A DNA stretch of 64,000 nt from a virus (lineage: Duplodnaviria; Caudoviricetes): positions 57,236 through 121,235 of IMG/VR virus record IMGVR_UViG_3300013121_000032; one strand, written 5' to 3'. Positions 1 through 9,639 of this stretch are shown here, piece after piece (position 1 is the stretch's first letter; each line of letters starts with the position of its first letter). The position numbers and the translations under genes are program-made. The notes under the pieces are model-generated. The model worked only from the letters and a program-made list of their open reading frames with translations, made no database searches and was not told where the DNA came from.

Positions 1-805
1 TATTCCTATACGTCTTTTAACTGATGCTACTCCACCTATTGAAGAACTTCAAATAGCCTTAAACAATCAAAATATAGAAGTGATTGGAGATGGAGAGGTT
101 TTAGATTACACACAATATCATCCTGAGAATAAAATCTATCAAGTATTAGATTCAAGTCTTTCCAAAACCTCATTATCTAAGAATGAAAAATTCTATGACA
201 TTCTAAACTTCATTGGTGAGAAATGTTTAAAGGATTTTAAACATGATAAGGTTCTTATTACTGTTTATAAATCCCATGTAGAAGAAACTAAAAACTATAT
301 GAAGGAGAAGTTTCCTTCTCTTACTGATTTAACTATTAGTACTATGCAAGTAGGAGTAAATACCTTTGCAGATCATACTGTCCAATTTATTCTTGCTTCT
401 GTATATATGAATGGAAATCAACTAGCTGAAGCTGCATATAAAATCAAGTTCATTAAAAACTTCTGGAGAAGAAGAGAAGGTTTAGCAGAGATTCCTAATC
501 GGTTTCCAGTTGAAATTTATGAAGGTAAAGTAATTGGATCTACTGTAGTTAGTACACCAGTTAGAAAAATTGAATTGGACGGAATTTTTGAATATCCAGA
601 TTTCCAATCATTTATTCCTGAATCTGATTTTGAAAACTATATTCATCAACATAATATTGGAAAGTCTCAACAATCCATGAGACTTAGATTTAAGATTAAT
701 GATCCTGTTAGAAAGATTGTTTATATATTTGGGAACTACAATTTCAAGTCATTACTAATTACTGATGTAGTTACTTTCGATTCATTAATAGAATCTTTAA
801 ATTAA
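1..805 (+). CDS. C-terminal part of a probable SF2 helicase-like protein (5' end outside window)
   Basis: Frame is open from position 2 (IPIRLLTDATPP..). LLTDAT, GVNTF and QSMRLR resemble helicase motifs III, V and VI. Lies just upstream of SSB and the polymerase. Confidence 0.4.
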   Translation, partial: IPIRLLTDATPPIEELQIALNNQNIEVIGDGEVLDYTQYHPENKIYQVLDSSLSKTSLSKNEKFYDILNFIGEKCLKDFKHDKVLITVYKSHVEETKNYMKEKFPSLTDLTISTMQVGVNTFADHTVQFILASVYMNGNQLAEAAYKIKFIKNFWRRREGLAEIPNRFPVEIYEGKVIGSTVVSTPVRKIELDGIFEYPDFQSFIPESDFENYIHQHNIGKSQQSMRLRFKINDPVRKIVYIFGNYNFKSLLITDVVTFDSLIESLN

Positions 806-860
806 TTAATGTTCAAAAGACTTGATTTTCAAATATTAAATGTGAGCATAATAGAAGCAG

Positions 861-880
861 CCCTAACTATCCCTAACTAT
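861..880. repeat. 10-bp tandem direct repeat CCCTAACTAT x2 in an AT-rich intergenic region
   Basis: Directly visible at 861-870 and 871-880. Confidence 0.8.
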
Positions 881-1169
881 TAATAATCTATATATGTAAT
901 TTTTTTAGTAGATTTTTTAAAAATTACTTAAGTCCAAAGAATTATTAAAAGAATTTAAGGTATAGGCAATTTTGCGGAAGTCCTTTAGAAATTTTAATAC
1001 CGGCTATCTTTATTGCCTAAGTAGTATTTATTGTAATAAATAGGTGAAACCCTTCGTTTAGAAAAGGGTACTATAATAGATAGTATAAAATATGTGTAGA
1101 AATATAAACAAACCATACAAATTTATGCTATAAAAGTATTAAGTAATGTTGTTTACTTGAAGGAGATAT

Positions 1170-1958
1170 ATGATTAATAAAATTCAAAAAGAATGGGCTA
1201 AAAAGTTATTTGAACAAAAACAAGAAGCCAGAAAAGAACAGGAAGAAAATAGAGAAAAAGGAAAATTACTAAAGGATAATCCCCGTAGATTTTTCCTAGT
1301 AAAAGACAAGCCATTTTATCTAAGTTTTCTACATCCGTATGAAGACTCATTAGATTTGCTTGTCCATATTTTCTATACAAGGGATAAAGAGGGCAAACTT
1401 AGAACTAAACATATTCTTTGTGAAAATAACTATATGCCACATGACCCAGTATATAAAAATTGCCCATATTGTCAAGAACCCGATGATTGGGGTGGAAAAA
1501 ATAAACCACATACATTCAAGTGTATGATTGCCTATGTCCACAATTTTGAGGGTGAAACCTTTAATAATAATCCTATCAATCCTGTAAGGATTGTAGAACT
1601 TAGATTTGGTAAAGGTGCAGCAAACATTAACTCATTGGTTGATGATGATAGAAAAGGTAAATTCCAAAAAGCTATCTTTATTCAGAAGAGAACTGGTGAA
1701 GGTAAAGATACTGTCTATGAGCCTTTGAAAGCTATTCCTAGAGATAGAGAATGGACTGGAGAGCAATTTGATCCAGAAGTTCCTAGAGAGATATTGGAAC
1801 AATATGGAGCTTATACTAGTGAACAAATAGCTACAGAAATCTTACTTAACTATGAAAATGTTAAATGGGATTTGTGGGGTATACCAGATCCTTCTATAGA
1901 AGATAGTGCTCCAGCAGTACCTATTGGAAAAAGCAAAGCTAAAGAAGTTTTGAAATGA
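1170..1958 (+). CDS. Phage single-stranded DNA-binding protein (gp32-like)
   Basis: H...C...CPYC zinc-type motif, KRTGEGKDTVY hairpin motif, position next to the DNA polymerase, AAGGAG RBS. Confidence 0.65.
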   Translation: MINKIQKEWAKKLFEQKQEARKEQEENREKGKLLKDNPRRFFLVKDKPFYLSFLHPYEDSLDLLVHIFYTRDKEGKLRTKHILCENNYMPHDPVYKNCPYCQEPDDWGGKNKPHTFKCMIAYVHNFEGETFNNNPINPVRIVELRFGKGAANINSLVDDDRKGKFQKAIFIQKRTGEGKDTVYEPLKAIPRDREWTGEQFDPEVPREILEQYGAYTSEQIATEILLNYENVKWDLWGIPDPSIEDSAPAVPIGKSKAKEVLK

Positions 1959-2218
1959 AAAAGAAATTCTCTACCTTAAGAAAGGAATTTAAAACTCTTC
2001 TTTCTAAGTTAGAGCTTACACCAGAAGAAAGAGAAGAACTAAAAGAGTACGTTGATAAAGATGGTATTCCATTTACCATTCTCCTCTTCTGGTGTACCGA
2101 TAGGATTGGACCGGATTTACTTAAACAATTGGATAAGATCATTGATAATTACCCAACAAGACGTAGAAAAAACTTACAAATACATACACGACAAACAAGA
2201 TCTCGAAGAAGCAATTGA
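1955..2218 (+). CDS. Hypothetical protein
   Basis: ATGA overlap with the SSB stop codon. Confidence 0.5.
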   Translation: MKKKFSTLRKEFKTLLSKLELTPEEREELKEYVDKDGIPFTILLFWCTDRIGPDLLKQLDKIIDNYPTRRRKNLQIHTRQTRSRRSN

Positions 2219-4289
2219 TTTTTTGACAGACTTTATTAGTAAGTCTCCTTTTATAGCTTTAGATTTAGAAACCTTTAATTACACAAACTCCTCTAATGTT
2301 CCCAGACCTATTAAGTTTAATGGGATGTTTGAAGGAGGAATTAAAACAATTCAAATTGGCTTTCCTTTAGATGTCTGTAATCTTCAATTCATTATTGATA
2401 TTGAAGAGCTATTAGCTAAAGGACTAACTCTTCAATATCTAGGAAGTAAGCTTAAGGTTTTAGAAAAGGCAACAATTCTTGGACAAAATCTAAAATATGA
2501 ATTTCAATTTTTGTCTGTTTACTTTCATATTAGATTAAGAAAATTTAGAGATGTCATGTTGATGTCTCAAGTACTTTTAGCTGGAGATAAGATTAAACAT
2601 AACTTAGCTAGTTTATATAATGAGTATATAAGCCAATCTGAGTTTAAAGCCTTAACGGGAAAAGACTTTGCTGAATATGCTGAATTTAAGGCTACTCTCC
2701 AGAAGTCAAGATGGAGAGGTACTTTAACAGCAGATCAGCTTCAGTATGCGGCTGATGATGTTAAATTAGTTTTTCCTCTTTATGATAACATTTGTGAAAG
2801 ATTAGATGAGTTTGTAGAAAAATATGAGCAAAGAGTTCGTTTAAATCAGACTATCTATAATGCTATTAAGTTAGAGTGTGACTTGATTCCTACGTATGCA
2901 ATGATGGAATTAAGGGGTATAGGATATGATAAAACTTATCACCAAACTATTGTTATTCCTTTCTTAGAAGAAAAAAGAAAAGAAGCAGAAGATCAGGTTG
3001 CTAAATACTTTGTTAGAGAAGTTATAAAATCTAATGGTTTAAGAGGAAAGGCTAGAGTTGTCTGGACAGATAAAGAAGTAATTAACTTATCATCTCCAAT
3101 TCAAATTAAAACCGCTTTAAATGGTGCTGGAGTATCTGTATCTGATTCAAGAGAAGAAACACTTAAAAAACATATTTCAGATCATCCAGCTTTACCTTGG
3201 ATTCTTCAATATAAAAAAGCTGATTCTCTATTAGATAAGTTTGGAGAGAAGATGCTAAACCTCTGCTCAAGAGATAGCATTATTCATGCTAACTGGTATC
3301 AAATAGGATCTGATGAAGGATCAATTGATACAGGTAGAAGCTCATGTCAAGGACCAAATTTACAACAAACTCCAGCAAGAGAAAATATTTTTGGTAAATC
3401 AGCAAGAGAGTTATTTAGAAAATCTTTTAAAGCTAGACCGGGATATATCTTTATTGATGTTGATTATAAACAAGTAGAGCCTAGAGTTACAGCTCAAATT
3501 TGTAATGAAAAAGCTATGCTTGAAGCATTTAATAAGGATATAGATCTTTATTCTGCTGTTGCTAAGAAATGGCTAAACCTCGATTATTTACCAGAACGAG
3601 GAGATTATAAACGGGATTTTATAGGAAAGACTGGATATTTAGCTTTATCTTATAAAGCTGGTCCAATGAAGTTAAGAGATTTCGTAGCTGAAGAATCTAA
3701 AGGAGAAATTGTTTGGACTGATTTAGAAGCAAAAGAATACTGGAATTCTTTCTTTGCAAGTTTTCCTGGAATTGCTAGAAAGCAAAATGAGATAGACCAG
3801 TTTATTAGAAAAAAGCCAGAAGGATTTTCTTCTCTTGCACCATTTAAAGGTAGGAAACCCATTACTATTCTTTTTACTGAGCTTGGTCGTCCACGTCGAT
3901 GGTGCTTAAAACCAGAACAAGAAAGAATGCTAGATGAAGATCTCCATAAGTTTGGAGAGAATCAAAGATGGAATACCTATCAGAAAAGATTAAATGAAAT
4001 CTCTAGGGAAGGCTATAACTTTATTATTCAAGGAACTGCCGCAGATATTTTAAAAGTATCACTAAAATTAATTCAAGATAGATTTGAAGCTGCTGGCTTT
4101 GATTTTGAAACTGAAGGAGTAATTGCAGTTGTACATGATGAACTTCTAATTGAGGTTAAAGAAGAGCACCAAGAAGAAGCTTCAAAAATTGTAGAGGCTT
4201 GTATGATAGAGGCTGGACAACGATTTATAGATAGACTTCCAGTTGGAATAGATTTGAAGATTGGACATAATTGGGCAGAAGTACATTAA
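2052..4289 (+). CDS. polA: Family A DNA polymerase (3'-5' exonuclease + polymerase); true start may be the TTG at 2142
   Basis: ExoI DLET, ExoII GQNLKYE, ExoIII YAADD, TGRSS..PNLQQ, motif A DYKQVEPR, motif B R..GK..YLALSY, NFIIQGTAAD, motif C VHDE. Confidence 0.95.
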   Translation: MIKMVFHLPFSSSGVPIGLDRIYLNNWIRSLIITQQDVEKTYKYIHDKQDLEEAIDFLTDFISKSPFIALDLETFNYTNSSNVPRPIKFNGMFEGGIKTIQIGFPLDVCNLQFIIDIEELLAKGLTLQYLGSKLKVLEKATILGQNLKYEFQFLSVYFHIRLRKFRDVMLMSQVLLAGDKIKHNLASLYNEYISQSEFKALTGKDFAEYAEFKATLQKSRWRGTLTADQLQYAADDVKLVFPLYDNICERLDEFVEKYEQRVRLNQTIYNAIKLECDLIPTYAMMELRGIGYDKTYHQTIVIPFLEEKRKEAEDQVAKYFVREVIKSNGLRGKARVVWTDKEVINLSSPIQIKTALNGAGVSVSDSREETLKKHISDHPALPWILQYKKADSLLDKFGEKMLNLCSRDSIIHANWYQIGSDEGSIDTGRSSCQGPNLQQTPARENIFGKSARELFRKSFKARPGYIFIDVDYKQVEPRVTAQICNEKAMLEAFNKDIDLYSAVAKKWLNLDYLPERGDYKRDFIGKTGYLALSYKAGPMKLRDFVAEESKGEIVWTDLEAKEYWNSFFASFPGIARKQNEIDQFIRKKPEGFSSLAPFKGRKPITILFTELGRPRRWCLKPEQERMLDEDLHKFGENQRWNTYQKRLNEISREGYNFIIQGTAADILKVSLKLIQDRFEAAGFDFETEGVIAVVHDELLIEVKEEHQEEASKIVEACMIEAGQRFIDRLPVGIDLKIGHNWAEVH

Positions 4290-4357
4290 AAAATGTATAT
4301 TATAGAAAATTTATGTTATACAATATGTAACAGTTTGTTTATAAAAGGAATTTATAA

Positions 4358-5869
4358 ATGTCTTTAATTGACGAAGTAAAGGAACTAGTAAAAAAAGGGT
4401 ATGGAAGAGTTATCATTGCTCGTGAATTAGGGATTAGTAGTCAGAAAGCTACAGCTTTAATTAGACAAGCTAGATTAGATGATACTTCTCTTCCTGGTCC
4501 TAATACTAACCCATTAAAAGATCTTGCGCATCAAAATAGGCAAACAGGTAAATCTCCAAAGAAGATTAAGTTTCCTAATTCTTATACTAATGAAGATAAG
4601 ATTAGATACTATGCAGATTTAGGTTATGGCAGCAGGAAGATTTCAAATATTTTAGGTCTATCTGAATATTTTGTAGATTCTAAATTAAGGAAGCTAAGAG
4701 GAAAACCTAAACGGATTACAAAACTAGAGCAACTTAAAACTAAGTTAGAGTCTGGTTTAGATAGATATGACTTGGCAAAAGACCTATGTACTACTCCTAC
4801 TGGTTTGGATTTAATGATTCAAAAGTCAGAAGGAGAATATAGTCCAGTTAAAACTTGGATTAAAAAGAATGCTAGAACTGGAATTAAGCTATCTAAATTT
4901 AAAGAAGCTTTTAAAATTTCTACAAAAGCGCGAGCACTAGAGATTTTAAAGGAAAATTTTCCTGAACATTTTATTTGTGAAACAAATATTCCAAATGATT
5001 TAATCTTAACTCCTATATTAGATAATAGTAAAAACTATGAATGGCTTGGGGGTGGTAGACCAAACCGTAGATTTAAATATTTTGTATCTGAAGAGGGTAA
5101 TTATATGTCAATTATGTTTGATGATGATTTACCAGATAATAAGATTAAGATTTATAATCTAACTGATATCCATGTAGGTTCTAAAGCATTTAGAGGAGAA
5201 CTGTTTAGGAAGCAGATTGAAAGAATTAAAAATGAACCAAATTCTTTTGCTACTATTGGTGGAGATTTAATTGAAGGTATTACTAAGGTATCTGTAGGCG
5301 ATCCTATGGAACAATACTGTTCAATTAATGAGCAGGTAGTAGAGGCTGTTAAAACTTTACTTCCAATTGCACATAAAATTATTGCAGTTGAATGGGGAAA
5401 CCATTGTGGAGGTAGAACAGAGAAAGCAGCACAGTTTGATTTAGCTAGAACAATGGCACAGATGCTTCAAGTACCTTATTTTAGAGTTAGGGTAGTAATA
5501 GATTTGAATTTTAGAGGAGTACAAAAACGGTTATCATTAACCCATAAATATGGAAAGGCATTAAAAATGCCTCAAATTATTATGGCAGTTAAAGCTTTAT
5601 CATCTCAATCTTTATATCCTACTCATTGCTGGTTTAGTGGACATAATCATGAATCTTTTGTAATCCCTATGGAGACAACAGAACTTATACCAGGTAAAGG
5701 TTTTGAGATAGTAAGATTTCATATTGCTAATGGTGGTAGTTTTGTTAGGTATACAGGAACGTATGCAGAGCAAGAACTATATGGCCATGCTCCGCAGGAT
5801 ATGGTATATTTTGAGTTTGATGAAAATGGAAACCATTTAAGTGGATCAGTTCCAATAAATTCATTGTGA
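4358..5869 (+). CDS. Multi-HTH N-terminus fused to a calcineurin-like metallophosphoesterase
   Basis: HTH-like GYGRVIIARELGIS and GYGSRKISNILGLS; phosphoesterase motifs DIHVG, GDLIEG, GNH, H, GHNH. Confidence 0.75.
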   Translation: MSLIDEVKELVKKGYGRVIIARELGISSQKATALIRQARLDDTSLPGPNTNPLKDLAHQNRQTGKSPKKIKFPNSYTNEDKIRYYADLGYGSRKISNILGLSEYFVDSKLRKLRGKPKRITKLEQLKTKLESGLDRYDLAKDLCTTPTGLDLMIQKSEGEYSPVKTWIKKNARTGIKLSKFKEAFKISTKARALEILKENFPEHFICETNIPNDLILTPILDNSKNYEWLGGGRPNRRFKYFVSEEGNYMSIMFDDDLPDNKIKIYNLTDIHVGSKAFRGELFRKQIERIKNEPNSFATIGGDLIEGITKVSVGDPMEQYCSINEQVVEAVKTLLPIAHKIIAVEWGNHCGGRTEKAAQFDLARTMAQMLQVPYFRVRVVIDLNFRGVQKRLSLTHKYGKALKMPQIIMAVKALSSQSLYPTHCWFSGHNHESFVIPMETTELIPGKGFEIVRFHIANGGSFVRYTGTYAEQELYGHAPQDMVYFEFDENGNHLSGSVPINSL

Positions 5870-6246
5870 GGTTAAATATGGATTTTGTTTTACTAAAAAA
5901 TCAATTACGAGTAGTGGCTGGAGATATTCCAGGTGGAAAATATTCTATTAATAATAATGGATTACTTTCTTTAAATGATCAAATTATTGATCTTCCTAAA
6001 TCTTTAGTAAGTGTAGAAGAACAATCCTCTACACAAGCTAAAAATTGGTTGCTTGGAGCGGCTGCTTTACCTTTTATACTGGTAGCTCCTTTATTGGCTA
6101 TTATAGCTGGATTATTAGCAGTACATATAGGAACTACTCAGAATGTATGTGCTCTATATACTTTGAAAGATGGAAAGAAATTCATTGGAATTTCTACATT
6201 AGAAACTTTTAATACTTTAAAAGCAATCAGTGGATTGACAGCTTAA
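5866..6246 (+). CDS. Hypothetical membrane protein
   Basis: Central hydrophobic segment WLLGAAALPFILVAPLLAIIAGLLAV. Confidence 0.55.
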   Translation: MRLNMDFVLLKNQLRVVAGDIPGGKYSINNNGLLSLNDQIIDLPKSLVSVEEQSSTQAKNWLLGAAALPFILVAPLLAIIAGLLAVHIGTTQNVCALYTLKDGKKFIGISTLETFNTLKAISGLTA

Positions 6247-6263
6247 TTTAAAAGCAGTAATCT
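6235..6263 (+). promoter_or_regulatory. Sigma70-type promoter upstream of the Ro60 gene
   Basis: TTGACA-17 nt-TAATCT. Confidence 0.5.
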
Positions 6264-6295
6264 AAATTATCTGGTCGTTGTGAGGCAGTATTAAA

Positions 6296-7927
6296 ATGAA
6301 TACCTATACAGAATTCTCTACATTAAAAACTCCTCAATCTCAGCCTATTCTTGGTGAGAGTATGGAGCAAAATAATGCTGGAGGATTCTCGTATACGGTA
6401 GATAAATGGCAATTACTTAAACGTTTCCTAATTCTAGGCACAGATCAAGGAACTTTCTATGCTAGACCCCAACCATTAACAATTGAGGCTGCTAAAAATA
6501 TTCTTGATTGTATTAAAGAAGATGGTAAAAGGACTGTAAATGAAATTGTTTCTATTTCGGAAAGCTATAAGGCGGCTACGAATGATCCTGCTATTTTCGC
6601 CCTTGCCCTTTGCACGTCACCTAAATATGCTTCTGAAGAAACTAGAAAATTAGCATTTTCTAAGTTGATGAAAGTATGTAGAATTCCTACTCATCTATTT
6701 AAGTTTGTAATGATTGCAGAGCAACATAGAGGTTGGGGAAGTGGTCTTAAACATGCTGTTGCTAATTGGTATAAATTAACACCTCCTAATAAATTGGTTT
6801 ATTTTCTGACAAAGTATAAGAGAAGGGGTGGCAAACAAGCTGGTTTCTCCCATAGAGATCTTTTAAAGCTTTCCCATCCTAAAAATGTCTCAACTGAAAA
6901 GAATACAATTTTTCGGTGGGCAGTTGGAAAGTTAGAATCTCTTGACAAAGCAGGAGAAACCCCTTCTCTTAATTATTTGAGGGCTGTAGAGGATGCTGCT
7001 ACTGCTCCAACTGGACACTTGGTTAATTTAATTAATACATATAAGCTACCATTGGAAGTAATTCCTAGTGAGAAACATAACCATGAAATTTATGGAGCAA
7101 TCCTTAAACATGCTGGTATTGAATTTATTCTAAGAAACTTGGGAGTAATGACGGCTAACAATACTCTAATTCATGGATTGGGAAATGTTAGTTTTGTTTA
7201 TGATAAATTCCATACCAAAGAATTTCTGGAAAAACTTCACCCCATAAAGATTTTGGCAGCTTTATTAGTATATAAAGCTGGTAGTAGTTATTCTGGAACT
7301 AAATTTAAAAAAGAGAAGGCTATTGTATGGAAGCCAATTACAGCAATTATTGATGCTTTAAATGATGCATTTAGATTGTCATTTGAAACTGTAGAGCCAT
7401 CAGGAAAGAGAATTCTTCTAGCAATAGATACTTCTGGAAGTATGAATCATGCTGTAGCTACGGATATTAGTTTTATGAATGCTTATACAGCAGCAGGAGC
7501 TATTGCTTTAATTACAGCAGCAACTGAAAAAGACCCTTTTATTATGCATTTTAATACTAAAGCATCTCCAGTTAATATTTCTGCTAAACAAAGGCTTGAT
7601 GATGTTATTGCTACATTAAAGGGTCTTGGAGGAGGAGGTACTAATTGTGCATCTCCAATTACTTATGCAACAGAGCATAAGATACCTATTGATATCTTTG
7701 TAATCTATACAGATTCAGAAACTTGGCAAGGAGACATTCATCCTACTCAAGCTTTAGATCAATATAGAAAGGTAATGGGAATTGATGCTAAGCTTGCTGT
7801 AGTAGCAATGGCTTATAATAGATTTAGTGTAGGATCTTCTGAGAATGATCCTAGAGTTCTCCAATGTGTAGGTTTATCAACAGATACTCCAGCAATCATA
7901 TCTATGTTTGCTAGAGGTGAAGTTTAA
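6296..7927 (+). CDS. rsr: Ro60/Rsr TROVE-domain RNA-binding protein with C-terminal vWA domain
   Basis: NNAGGF..RFLILGT..GTFY N-terminus; RIPTHLF, RGWG, KYKRR..SHRDLLKLSHPK, RNLG; vWA MIDAS DTSGSM, GGTNC and IYTDSETW. Confidence 0.95.
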   Translation: MNTYTEFSTLKTPQSQPILGESMEQNNAGGFSYTVDKWQLLKRFLILGTDQGTFYARPQPLTIEAAKNILDCIKEDGKRTVNEIVSISESYKAATNDPAIFALALCTSPKYASEETRKLAFSKLMKVCRIPTHLFKFVMIAEQHRGWGSGLKHAVANWYKLTPPNKLVYFLTKYKRRGGKQAGFSHRDLLKLSHPKNVSTEKNTIFRWAVGKLESLDKAGETPSLNYLRAVEDAATAPTGHLVNLINTYKLPLEVIPSEKHNHEIYGAILKHAGIEFILRNLGVMTANNTLIHGLGNVSFVYDKFHTKEFLEKLHPIKILAALLVYKAGSSYSGTKFKKEKAIVWKPITAIIDALNDAFRLSFETVEPSGKRILLAIDTSGSMNHAVATDISFMNAYTAAGAIALITAATEKDPFIMHFNTKASPVNISAKQRLDDVIATLKGLGGGGTNCASPITYATEHKIPIDIFVIYTDSETWQGDIHPTQALDQYRKVMGIDAKLAVVAMAYNRFSVGSSENDPRVLQCVGLSTDTPAIISMFARGEV

Positions 7928-7934
7928 AAAGTTT

Positions 7935-8021
7935 GCAGGCATAGAGAAACGGAAGTCTCAATGGGTTCATATCCCTTTGCTTAATAGCCTTGGTAGGTTC
8001 AACTCCTACTGCCTGCGCCCA
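7935..8021 (+). tRNA. Atypical tRNA or tRNA-like RNA, anticodon CAU, long variable arm
   Basis: Acceptor GCAGGCA/TGCCTGC; D stem GAGA/TCTC with GG in the loop; anticodon stem ATGGG/CCCTT (one mismatch), loop TTCATAT; 15-nt variable region; T arm GTAGG-TTCAACT-CCTAC; 3' GCCCA. Confidence 0.85.
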
Positions 8022-8041
8022 ATTCTAAAAAGGACAATAGT

Positions 8042-8203
8042 ATGACAGATTCGTTACTTTGTTTATTCTCATCCTTGTTTTTAATCTATTGTTCTGTTAT
8101 GTTTTTTGTATCACCAGATTCTAATGCCCATATAGCGGGATTTATATTAGGATTTGTAGCATTAGGTTATGCAATTGCCTCAATTAAATTGAGTAAACAA
8201 TAA
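8042..8203 (+). CDS. Small two-TM membrane protein (53 aa, not in ORF track)
   Basis: AAGGAC RBS; MTDSLLCLFSSLFLIYCSVMFFV..IAGFILGFVALGYAIASIKLSKQ. Confidence 0.55.
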   Translation: MTDSLLCLFSSLFLIYCSVMFFVSPDSNAHIAGFILGFVALGYAIASIKLSKQ

Positions 8204-8277
8204 AGAAATTATTCAAATAATTGAAGTTCAAGAAAAGTAGACTAAAATAAAGTCATCAGTTAACGAGGGATTTAATA

Positions 8278-9639
8278 ATGGATAATCAAGTTGCAGAAGC
8301 ACCGGCAGTAGAAGAAAAGAAAGAGATTGATTACAGAGGTGTAGTCAAGAAACTTGATGAACTTAAAGATGGTGCTGTTGTTCAACGTATTGCAAATCCG
8401 CCTAATGTTAAAATACCTAAATTTTTTATCCTTGACAAGCTTAAAAATAGCTATCAAAAAGGTGTTAAAGAAGTTGCTTTGTTTGATACTAAGAGTTTTA
8501 ATAGGCGCTCTTTGTATATTCCTGAGGGTACCGAAGTAAAAGAGCTTACTGGTCGCCAAGGAAAAGAATTCTTGGCAAGATTTTTGAACCATCAACGTTC
8601 TCAAATTTTTACAAACCTCCAATCAGTGTTTATGACAATTGGATCTGATCCTGAAATCTTTATAGAGGATGCTGGTGGAAATATTATTCCAGCTTTTACA
8701 TTCCTTAAGAGCAAAGCTGATGCTGATAAATCTCCAAAAAATGAATTGGGTGGAGATATGAAAGTTTATTGGGATGGTTTTCAAGCTGAATTTGAAACAA
8801 CTGCTCCTTTGTGTCATGCCCATCTTGCTGATTCCATTAGAACAAGTTTGAAAAATCTTTTGAGCTTGGCTAAAAAAGCTAATCCTACAGCTAGACTTTC
8901 CTCAAGAACTGTAGTTCAAATTCCAGATGCTGAATTGGATCGAGCTTCTGAAGAACATGTAACATTTGGTTGTGCCCCTTCGATGAATGTCTATGAGATT
9001 GAAGGAAAACGAGAAGATGGTAGAGTAGTTCCTTATAGGTTTGCTGGTGGACATATCCATTTGGGAATTGGAAAACGTTCTCAAAAGGAAGTAGATGAGA
9101 TTGTAAAGACTTTGGATGCCATTGTAGGTCTTGCTTCTGTATCTCTTTTTGCCAATCAAGATGATCCTATTAGAAGGGAATATTATGGATTGCCTGGAGA
9201 GTATAGACTTCCTCCACATGGTATTGAGTATAGAACTCTTTCTAACGCTTGGATGTTCCATCCAGTTATGATGAATTTGATCTTTGCTCTAACACGTAGA
9301 ACAGTTGCATTTGCAGTAGCTGGTCATAGAAGGCATATTCTGGCAACAGAACAAGAAATTGTTGAAACTATTAGAAGCTCTAATGTAGAACAAGCTAGAA
9401 AAATTATTGAGCGTAATAAGGATATCTTCTTGGGTCTACTTAAGACAGCTTTTAAGGTTGACAAAGCTGCTGAAGTTGCTTATAATGTAATCATGAAAGG
9501 AATGGAGGAAGCAGTAGAAAATCCTAATGACATAGCTAAAAATTGGAAATTGGATTCTGATTGGTTGCAACATTCTTCATCTGAAGGGTGTAATTGGAAA
9601 TCAGTTTACGAGAAAGTAGCTAAAGGTGAAAAGGTCTAG
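8278..9639 (+). CDS. phiEco32-like COOH-NH2 ligase type 2 (glutamine synthetase/glutamate-cysteine ligase fold)
   Basis: IGSDPEIF, DGFQAEF, FGCAP, RFAGGHIHLG, RREYYGLPGEYR..HGIEYRTLSN. Confidence 0.85.
   Translation: MDNQVAEAPAVEEKKEIDYRGVVKKLDELKDGAVVQRIANPPNVKIPKFFILDKLKNSYQKGVKEVALFDTKSFNRRSLYIPEGTEVKELTGRQGKEFLARFLNHQRSQIFTNLQSVFMTIGSDPEIFIEDAGGNIIPAFTFLKSKADADKSPKNELGGDMKVYWDGFQAEFETTAPLCHAHLADSIRTSLKNLLSLAKKANPTARLSSRTVVQIPDAELDRASEEHVTFGCAPSMNVYEIEGKREDGRVVPYRFAGGHIHLGIGKRSQKEVDEIVKTLDAIVGLASVSLFANQDDPIRREYYGLPGEYRLPPHGIEYRTLSNAWMFHPVMMNLIFALTRRTVAFAVAGHRRHILATEQEIVETIRSSNVEQARKIIERNKDIFLGLLKTAFKVDKAAEVAYNVIMKGMEEAVENPNDIAKNWKLDSDWLQHSSSEGCNWKSVYEKVAKGEKV

Noticed and set aside
1955-2218. 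Programmed frameshift joining ORF 1955 to the polymerase
   Set aside because: An in-frame TTG at 2142 explains the polymerase N-terminus without recoding.
6265-6295. CTGGTCG upstream of Ro60 as the 5' strand of a Y RNA
   Set aside because: No complementary 3' strand and too little space for a Y RNA.
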